Position numbers and translations under genes: made by a program. Positions 57,722 to 64,000 of a stretch of 64,000 bases of DNA are shown piece after piece (the stretch's first letter is position 1; every line of letters begins with the position of its first letter). This DNA is from Syntrophobacterales bacterium (GTDB lineage Bacteria; Desulfobacterota; Desulfobaccia; Desulfobaccales; 0-14-0-80-60-11), in the NCBI GenBank assembly GCA_023512475.1, contig JAILZL010000005.1, positions 9,433 through 73,432 on the forward strand, given 5' to 3'. The notes beneath the pieces are model-generated. The model saw nothing but the letters and a program-made list of their open reading frames with translations, was not told the origin of the DNA and did no database searches.

Positions 57722-59146
57722 ATGTTCGGCCGCATCTGTGATCTGATCATCTCCTCCTTCCGCCCTCCCGCCGGGGTCACCGGCCTGGAGCAGCTCTTCC
57801 TCCCCCTTCGCCACCGGCCCTACGCCATGCTGCTCTTAAGCGGTGGGGCACTCGATTGCGCCCGCTACTCCCTCATGGGCTGGGATCCTTTCCTGGTGCT
57901 GACGGCCAAAGGGACCCGGGTTTTCTGTGGCCGGCCGCCGGAGCCGGCGGTATGGGTGGCCAACCCCTTCACCGTGCTGGAGGACCTGCTGGGGCACCTG
58001 GAGCTCCCCGGCCCCCCGCCCGTGCTGCCTCTGGCCGTCGGGGGTCTCGGTTTTTTGGCCTATGACCTGAAAAACCACCTGGAACGCCTGCCGGCCACCG
58101 CGGTGGACAACCTGAGACTGCCCGAGCTGGTGCTGGCCTTCCCCCGGCGGCTGCTGGTGCATGACCGCTGGGAGGACCGCTACACCCAGGTGGAGGTGCA
58201 TTATGAGGACCGATCCGGTCGGCGTCTGCCGCCGGGAACGCCATTGCCTTTCCCAAAGGAGGGACCGGGGTCCTGCCGGGTGGGGCCGCCGGAGAGCAAT
58301 TTCCGGCGGGAGGCCTATCTGCAGGCCGTGCGCCGCATCCGGAAGTACATCCGCCAGGGGGACGTCTACCAGGTGAATCTCTCCCAGCGTTTCGCCTTTC
58401 CCTGCGAGGGCGATCCGTACGCCCTGTTCCTCAAACTCTTCGCCCTCAATCCGGCGCCCTTTTATGCCTACCTCCAGGGCGGGGACTTTATCATCCTCTC
58501 CACCTCCATGGAGCGCTTCCTGTGGCGCCGGGGAGACCGGGTGGAGACCCGGCCCATCAAGGGCACCCGCCCCCGGGGGCGCACCCCGGCGGAAGATGAA
58601 GCCCACCGCCGGGAGCTGGCCCACAGCCCCAAGGATGATGCCGAGCTCTCCATGATCGTGGACCTGCTGCGCAATGATCTGGGCAAGGTCTGCCGGCCCC
58701 GGACGGTGAGGGTGGCGGAGCACAAGCGCCTGGAGGCCTACCAGAACGTCTATCACCTGGTGTCCATCGTCACCGGCGAGCTCCGAAGCGGCACCGGGCA
58801 GGTGGATCTGCTCAAAGCCGCCTTTCCCGGGGGCTCCATCACCGGCTGTCCCAAGATCCGGGCCATGGAGATCATTGACGAGCTGGAGCCCCAGGTGCGC
58901 CACGTCTACACCGGTGCCATCGGCTATCTGGGACTGAACCGCACCCTGGACCTGAATGTGGCCATCCGCACTGCCATTGTCACCCGGGGGCGGGGCTATT
59001 TTGCGGTGGGGGGCGGGGTGGTATATGATTCCGACGAGGTGGCGGAGTACGAAGAGACCCTCCACAAAGGCCGCACCCTGTTTCGGCTGCTGGCCGGAGA
59101 GGCCCCGGCGGGGGAGGCGGCTGCCGCCGGCCCCAGGCTGCCATGA
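57722..59146 (+). CDS. pabB: aminodeoxychorismate synthase component I (chorismate-binding enzyme)
   Basis: 474 aa. Contains GDVYQVNLSQRF, RPIKGTRPRG, SPKDDAELSMIVDLLRNDLG and FPGGSITGCPKIRAMEII. Assigned to PabB rather than TrpE because a class IV lyase gene follows and no trp genes are nearby. Confidence 0.85.
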   Translation: MFGRICDLIISSFRPPAGVTGLEQLFLPLRHRPYAMLLLSGGALDCARYSLMGWDPFLVLTAKGTRVFCGRPPEPAVWVANPFTVLEDLLGHLELPGPPPVLPLAVGGLGFLAYDLKNHLERLPATAVDNLRLPELVLAFPRRLLVHDRWEDRYTQVEVHYEDRSGRRLPPGTPLPFPKEGPGSCRVGPPESNFRREAYLQAVRRIRKYIRQGDVYQVNLSQRFAFPCEGDPYALFLKLFALNPAPFYAYLQGGDFIILSTSMERFLWRRGDRVETRPIKGTRPRGRTPAEDEAHRRELAHSPKDDAELSMIVDLLRNDLGKVCRPRTVRVAEHKRLEAYQNVYHLVSIVTGELRSGTGQVDLLKAAFPGGSITGCPKIRAMEIIDELEPQVRHVYTGAIGYLGLNRTLDLNVAIRTAIVTRGRGYFAVGGGVVYDSDEVAEYEETLHKGRTLFRLLAGEAPAGEAAAAGPRLP

Positions 59147-60024
59147 GCTCCCGGGAAACCTTTGTCTGGCTGAATGATGAACTCCTGCCCCTGTCCCAGG
59201 CCCGGGTATCGGTCCTGGACCGGGGTTTTCTCTATGGCGACGGCCTGTTTGAGACCTTAAAGGCGGTGCATGGCCGGGTCGAGCTTCTGGGGCCGCATCT
59301 GGAGCGTTTGGCCAGCTCGGCCCGGGAGCTCCGGCTGCCTTTCCCCTCCCGCTACCCCTTCACGGAACGTCTGGCGCGCCTATTGGCGGTCAACCGCCTG
59401 GTGAGCGGCCTGGCGGCGGTGAAGATCATCCTCACCCGGGGAGAGCACCCGGAGCTGGGGCTTCCAGGGGTGTCCCGGGGCACCCTGGTGATCACCGCCC
59501 GGCCCTACACCCCGCCGCCGCCGGAGGACTACCGCCGGGGGTGGGCCACGGTCATCTTTCCGGCCAGACGCACCACCTTCCTGGGGCGCCTCAAGAGCCT
59601 GAACTATCTCTTTTACCTGGCCGCCCGGCAATACGCCCGGGACCGGGGCGTCCCCGAGGCCCTCATCCTGGAGGCCGACGGCCGGCTGTCGGAGGCCGCC
59701 ACCGCCAACCTGGTGCTCCTGAGGGCCGGGGTGTATGAGACCCCGGCCGCGCCCAGCGCCCTGCCGGGGGTGACCCTGGCGGCCCTGGCCCGGGGACTGG
59801 CGGCCCGGGGCCGGGAGCTGGTCTGGGTGCCCCTGAGGCCGGCGGATCTGTGGGAGGCCGAAGGTCTGTGGCTGATCAATTCCTTGCTGGGGCTGCTGCC
59901 TGTCAGAGCTGTGGACGGCCGGGAGGTGCCGGTGAATGAGGCCACCGGCCGCTTCCTCACGGAGTGCCTGGCGGAGGCCGTCGCCGCCGCCGGGGAGTGG
60001 CCTCCAGAGGCGCCCTTGCCCTGA
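59143..60024 (+). CDS. pabC: aminodeoxychorismate lyase (class IV PLP-dependent enzyme)
   Basis: 293 aa. Contains DRGFLYGDGLFETL, GRLKSLNYL and EAATANLV. The start overlaps the pabB stop (ATGA). Confidence 0.8.
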   Translation: MSSRETFVWLNDELLPLSQARVSVLDRGFLYGDGLFETLKAVHGRVELLGPHLERLASSARELRLPFPSRYPFTERLARLLAVNRLVSGLAAVKIILTRGEHPELGLPGVSRGTLVITARPYTPPPPEDYRRGWATVIFPARRTTFLGRLKSLNYLFYLAARQYARDRGVPEALILEADGRLSEAATANLVLLRAGVYETPAAPSALPGVTLAALARGLAARGRELVWVPLRPADLWEAEGLWLINSLLGLLPVRAVDGREVPVNEATGRFLTECLAEAVAAAGEWPPEAPLP

Positions 60025-60090
60025 CGGGGGCTGAGGGAAACATTCCCGGGTCAGGAGCGGGACCTGCGGCGGTTGACAGGCCCCAGGAAG

Positions 60091-60130
60091 AAGGCGCGGG
60101 GAGAAAGGATCTCCCGGCGCCTTTTTCTTC
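60091..60130 (+). terminator. intrinsic terminator after pabC
   Basis: Stem AAGGCGCGGGGAG / CTCCCGGCGCCTT (12 bp, one mismatch), loop AAAGGAT, followed by TTTTTCTTC. Confidence 0.65.
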
Positions 60131-60776
60131 CCGATCGGCGCGGAGGCCCCCAGGGACGGCGGGCAGAGCCCGGTCCAGGGCGGCTCCGTGAGGAGGGGCG
60201 GCAGGACCTCCCGGATCTCTGGCAAGAATGGCCGCCAGCGCCGCCCAGGGGGCCGCCGGCACCCTGGGGTCAGAGCAGTGCGGGGGGCACCGATGACTTA
60301 GTGGGCGCGGTGGAAGGGGTCAAGGAGGTGGGACCCTGATCCCCGCAGGCCGTGCCGGAACGGCGGAGGAAGCCTCAGGCCCGCACCGGCGGGGCGCCCG
60401 GCACCGTTGGCGCCGATACCCAAGGCGGCGGGGAATAACCGCACCCCGGCGCCGCCATGCCCAGGGTGTCTGACGCCCCGCCCGGGTGGAGACGGTCCAT
60501 GCGGCCTTCTCCAGGTGCCCCGGCGGGTTCAGGGACGGTCTCGGGACGAGATCCTCAGCGCCTCCTGGAATTCCCTAGGTCGCGGCTGGCAAGGATGATA
60601 GAGGTGTCGGCCACCCCCTCACCGACAAACTGCTGCGGTGCGGCAACGCCCACCCCAGACCCTCAAGCAGCGCCGCCCGACCCGGGGTGGCCCGCCGGGA
60701 TCTTCCCGGTCATTGCGGCCGGGCGGCCTCCCTCCTCACCGCCGCCGTCCTGCCGCCGTGAGGCCCATCCGGGGTC

Positions 60777-61130
60777 TCAGGCCTCCTCTTCCTGCGGCGG
60801 CGGAGCCGCGGCCCTCTGATAGGCCCGCTGGGCCTGCTCCCGGGTTGCCAGCACCCGCAGACGCTCCCGGATGATCTCCTGCCAGGTCCGGCAGAAATCC
60901 AGCAGCTGCCGCTCCAGCTCCTGCAGGCCCGCCAGATCGCGCTCTAGCTCCGGGTCCGGCTCCCGGAGATCCAGCCGGGCCAGCGCCGCCTGGCGTTGGC
61001 AGAGCAGCCACTCCGCCCGGGGGAGATCCCCGGCCGCGACCGCCTCCGCCACCGCCCGGGTGAGGTCATGGAGCAGGGCCAGCCGGGAGGCGGTCAGCCG
61101 CACGCCATCGTGAGAAGCAGCCGGCTCCAT
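60777..61130 (-). CDS. 117-aa all-helical hypothetical protein (FliT/FlgN-like pattern only)
   Basis: Leu/Arg/Glu-rich. AVAAGDLPRAEWLLCQRQAALARL recalls flagellar export chaperones, but I cannot assign it. It overlaps the upstream gene by 37 nt. Confidence 0.45.
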   Translation of the reverse strand: MEPAASHDGVRLTASRLALLHDLTRAVAEAVAAGDLPRAEWLLCQRQAALARLDLREPDPELERDLAGLQELERQLLDFCRTWQEIIRERLRVLATREQAQRAYQRAAAPPPQEEEA

Positions 61131-61690
61131 TGCTCCACCAGGGGCAGAAGTTCGTATTCCAGCAGGTCTGCCAGCATGATGCAGTCCCCCTGCCGGGTCT
61201 GGTCCTCCATGTCGGTCAGGAGGAGCTCCAGGTGGCGGCAGAGAGGCGCCATCTCCGGGGGCAGGTCCGCCGAGCCGCCCTGAAGCACCTGCCCCCCGCC
61301 CACCCCGGTCTTAAGCAGCCAGCGCAGGGCCTCCAGCACCTCCGCCAGCACCCGGTGGGCCTCCTGCTCCGGCGCCAGGCGGAAGAGGCGGGCGCATTCC
61401 GCCACCGCCCGGGCCAGGACCTCCGCCTGGGCCGCCGCCTCCCGCAGGATCACCCGGGCCATCTCCCGGGCGGGCAGGGTCTTCACCTCCAGGCGCTCAA
61501 TCTCCTCCCGCGACAGGTAGCGGGACTCCCGGGGATACCGCTCGCTGAAAAAGCGGCCGTTCAGGTGCACCTGATAGAGCTGTTCCCCGGGAGGCAGATA
61601 TTTGGCGTGGATCTCGCTCAGGATCTCCTCCAGGTTCCCCAGGTGGGAAAAATCTGCCGGCAGGGCCTGATCATTGATGGTGATGTGCAT
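61094..61690 (-). CDS. 198-aa hypothetical protein (beta-grasp-like N-terminus plus helical domain)
   Basis: MHITINDQALPADFSHLGNLEEILSEI resembles the first strand and helix of ThiS/MoaD-like folds. The rest is helical. It overlaps the GT9 gene end by 20 nt. Confidence 0.5.
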   Translation of the reverse strand: MHITINDQALPADFSHLGNLEEILSEIHAKYLPPGEQLYQVHLNGRFFSERYPRESRYLSREEIERLEVKTLPAREMARVILREAAAQAEVLARAVAECARLFRLAPEQEAHRVLAEVLEALRWLLKTGVGGGQVLQGGSADLPPEMAPLCRHLELLLTDMEDQTRQGDCIMLADLLEYELLPLVEQWSRLLLTMACG

Positions 61691-63398
61691 GGCTCACCTC
61701 GCTTTTCGATGCTGACCGGGGCAGGGTGCTGGAAATTACTTGCAGGGGCTGTGCCAATGCCGGGCGGAGACCGGCCGGCGCCAGCCTGAGGGCGGCGTCC
61801 TGCAGGAGCTCCCCCAACCGGCGCAGTCGGCCGTAGGCCCGGCTGAGGTCCCGGGCCAGGGCGGGCACCTCCCGGGCCGTGGCCCGCCGCTGATCCTGGA
61901 AAAAGAAGGCCACCGGGGCCGCCAGCTCCGGGTGCGCCGCTGCCAGCCGCCGGAGGGCCTGATCAATGGCGGTGACGGTGGAGAGAGCCGCGGGCAGGGG
62001 TGCCCGGCAGGTGCGGTGGGCCAGCCTGGCGGCCGTCTCCTCGCCCCGCCGGGCCACAGAGATGAGCTCCGCCAGGGCGGCGAGACTGTCCGGCAGGGGG
62101 AGGCCCCCCTCGGGAAGAAGGAAGCGCTCCTGCCACAGATCCGCCAGCCACTCCGCCAGCCGCGGGGCAGGGGGGGCCTGGAGGAATTCCTCCCAGGCCA
62201 GGCGGTGCACCCCCCGCCAGAAATCCTCCCGGGACAGGGGGCGGCGGATGCCGGGCAGGAGCGCCTGGTGGCCCTCCGGGTCCAGGGTGGTATGATACAG
62301 CCGGATACTGCCCCATGGGCCGGTGGGATCCCGGAGTTCCCGGTCCGGGCCGGTCAGCAGGGCCACGGCCACCTGAGCCACCGCCTCCGGGGAGATGGCG
62401 GCATGGCACCGGGGCCGGGCGCAGGGCCGCAGGCAGGGGTGGCAGGCGAGATGGGGCTCCAGGACCGCGTGGCCCCGGCCGGCGGGACCGGTGTCCTGGG
62501 CCCGGGCGCTGGCCAGAAACAGGGCCACCACCGGGGTGCCCACCGCGGCCGCCAGATGCATGGGGCCGGTGTCATTGGTGATGAGGAGATCCAGCTCGGC
62601 GAGCCGCCGCGCCAGATCCGGCAGATCCGTCTCCCCGGCCAGCAGGGTGGCGCTTCCCGGGGGGAGCAGGCTCAGCAGGGCCTCGCCCAAGGGGCGCTCG
62701 CCGGCGCTGCCGAAAATCAGAAAGCGGCACGGGGCCGCATCCAGGAGCAGGCGGGCGGCGGCGGCAAAATTTTCCGGCGGCCACTGGCGCTCCGGACGGC
62801 TGGCCCCGGGACAGAGCCCCACCTGCACCGGGCCGCCGGCCCGGGGGGAGGGAACCCCCGGCACCTGCACCGCCAACCCCCTGCCGTCGGGCAGAAGCCC
62901 GGCGCTGCGCACGAACAGGTCCACCACATTGAAGGGGTTGGCCTGCCGGGCCTTGGAGACCACCAGGGAATAGCTGGCCCAGGCCGGGGAGGTGGCCAGT
63001 TCCCGGCCGTCACTCACCCACAGGCCCCGGAGCTCCGCGCCGGCGCTCAGGCGGGCCACCAGACCTGCGCTCACCGTGGGGGTGAGGTTGACCACCAGCT
63101 CCGGGCGGGGCCAAAGATGCCGCCTGGCCCAGTCAGCGAGGCGCCGCACGGCCGCCGGCCACCCCTCCCGGTCCAGGACCGGGGCCAGCTCGGTGCCGGG
63201 GAAGAGCAGCAGCCGGTCCACCCCGGGAAGGAGCCGGGCAGCCCCCGCAAAGAGATCCATGGCCAGAAAGGTGATCCGGGCCTGGGGATGGCGGCTCCGC
63301 AGACCCCGGAGCACCGGGCTGCTCTGCACCAGGTCCCCCAGGCGCATCAGGTTGATGACCAGGATCTCCCCGGGATGGCGCTCAGCCGGGCGTGTCAT
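61671..63398 (-). CDS. glycosyltransferase family 9 (heptosyltransferase-like) with a ~230-aa C-terminal helical extension
   Basis: 575 aa. GT9 blocks are ILVINLMRLGDLVQSSPVLRGLRSRHP, CPGASRPERQWPPENF and TNDTGPMHLAAAVGTPVVALF. A Leu/Ala/Arg-rich extension follows and ends in HAHHHQ. Confidence 0.8.
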   Translation of the reverse strand: MTRPAERHPGEILVINLMRLGDLVQSSPVLRGLRSRHPQARITFLAMDLFAGAARLLPGVDRLLLFPGTELAPVLDREGWPAAVRRLADWARRHLWPRPELVVNLTPTVSAGLVARLSAGAELRGLWVSDGRELATSPAWASYSLVVSKARQANPFNVVDLFVRSAGLLPDGRGLAVQVPGVPSPRAGGPVQVGLCPGASRPERQWPPENFAAAARLLLDAAPCRFLIFGSAGERPLGEALLSLLPPGSATLLAGETDLPDLARRLAELDLLITNDTGPMHLAAAVGTPVVALFLASARAQDTGPAGRGHAVLEPHLACHPCLRPCARPRCHAAISPEAVAQVAVALLTGPDRELRDPTGPWGSIRLYHTTLDPEGHQALLPGIRRPLSREDFWRGVHRLAWEEFLQAPPAPRLAEWLADLWQERFLLPEGGLPLPDSLAALAELISVARRGEETAARLAHRTCRAPLPAALSTVTAIDQALRRLAAAHPELAAPVAFFFQDQRRATAREVPALARDLSRAYGRLRRLGELLQDAALRLAPAGLRPALAQPLQVISSTLPRSASKSEVSHAHHHQ

Positions 63399-63489
63399 CG
63401 GGCCCTCCGCTTCTCGGGGTGCATGCTTGCCTGGGTGTGCCTTCTCCCTGCCATCCCGATATCCCCCGGGTATCCCCCCTTTTGCCGGG

Positions 63490-64000
63490 CTAAAACCTGC
63501 CCCGGGCCAGACCCTCCTGGAATTCGTGCACCAGCCAGAGGAGGGTTTCCCCCTCCCCCAAAGGCTCGGTGCCGGCCTGAATCCGGGCCACCACCTCCGC
63601 CAGCGTCAGGCCGGGAGGAGCCTGTTCGGCGAAGTCCCGCACGGGGTGGCCGGGGGGGAACAGCTCCCGCACCACCTCCCGGGCCGCCGGGGGCCGGGGG
63701 CGCCGGGGCAGACGCCCGGGCAGGTGCCGGTCCAGAAGTTCCAGCGCCTGGGCCAGCCGCGTCTCATAGGTGTGTTCCGCCAGGCAGCGCTGCCGGGCCC
63801 GGGCCGCCATCTCCTCCCGGGCCTCGGGGTGGGCCAGGAAATGGCTGATCCGCTCCCGGGCTTCGGCCAGGGAGCGGAAGACCGCCACCTCCCGGTCGGG
63901 GGTGAAGAACTCCGGCAGCTGGGTTCGCCAGTCCACCAGCTGAAAGGCGCCGGCGGCCGCCAGGTCAAAGACCCGGGGGTTGAGATAGTCCCCTTCCGGG
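63490..64000 (-). CDS. CgeB-like glycosyltransferase (C-terminal part); gene continues past the right edge
   Basis: Own reverse translation continues upstream of the listed GTG: PEGDYLNPRVFDLAAAGAFQLVDWRTQLPEFFTPDREVAVFRSLAEARERISHFLAHPEAREEMAARARQRCLAEHTYETRL. This is the typical C-terminal glycosyltransferase block of CgeB-family proteins. Confidence 0.7.
   Translation of the reverse strand, partial: PEGDYLNPRVFDLAAAGAFQLVDWRTQLPEFFTPDREVAVFRSLAEARERISHFLAHPEAREEMAARARQRCLAEHTYETRLAQALELLDRHLPGRLPRRPRPPAAREVVRELFPPGHPVRDFAEQAPPGLTLAEVVARIQAGTEPLGEGETLLWLVHEFQEGLARGRF

Overview
Very GC-rich chromosomal segment. It comes from a diderm bacterium, judged from LolA, Lnt and a GT9 heptosyltransferase-like enzyme. 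The anaerobe-style gene content (radical SAM, rubrerythrin-like, hemerythrin, cobalamin salvage, YeeE/TusA) suggests a Desulfobacterota-like or thermophilic lineage, but that is inference only. I support about 60 protein genes, 3 tRNAs (His-GTG, Lys-TTT, Glu-TTC), a few intrinsic terminators and a few promoter or operator candidates. I saw no rRNA, CRISPR array, transposase, integrase or phage genes.

Most genes are housekeeping:
- ligA, nadA, lolA, queA-tgt-yajC, dprA-topA, trmFO, and prfB with its programmed +1 frameshift
- cobU-cobT-cobS and cobO
- mgtE, era, lnt, corC, speH, pyrB-pyrC, tmk, katG, pabABC

Because of the GC content, almost every real gene has a long antisense shadow ORF in the track. 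These include the 1535-aa, 947-aa, 717-aa and 702-aa ORFs, and I rejected all of them.

I did not find a clear-cut new multi-gene system. The observations most worth a second look are:
1. Two tandem paralogous ~52-codon genes below the ORF-track cutoff, next to a metallophosphoesterase that lacks a canonical start for its first strand.
2. A YeeE/TusA sulfur or selenium trafficking cluster extended by a DUF3343-fusion protein, an NnrD-like kinase-fold protein and a redox-disulfide protein, all behind a ~380-630 nt leader.
3. A dynamin-like GTPase with a tightly coupled NTF2-like gene, sitting where secDF normally follows yajC.
4. An orphan proteasome-beta-type Ntn hydrolase.
5. A pyrB leader with a uORF spanning an intrinsic terminator.
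6. A GT9-fusion operon with two unrecognisable proteins.
7. Five unusually long ORF-free gaps (0.6-0.85 kb) in an otherwise tightly packed window, one carrying a motif phased at exactly 60 bp.

All family calls come from reading motifs by eye. No searches or computations were run.
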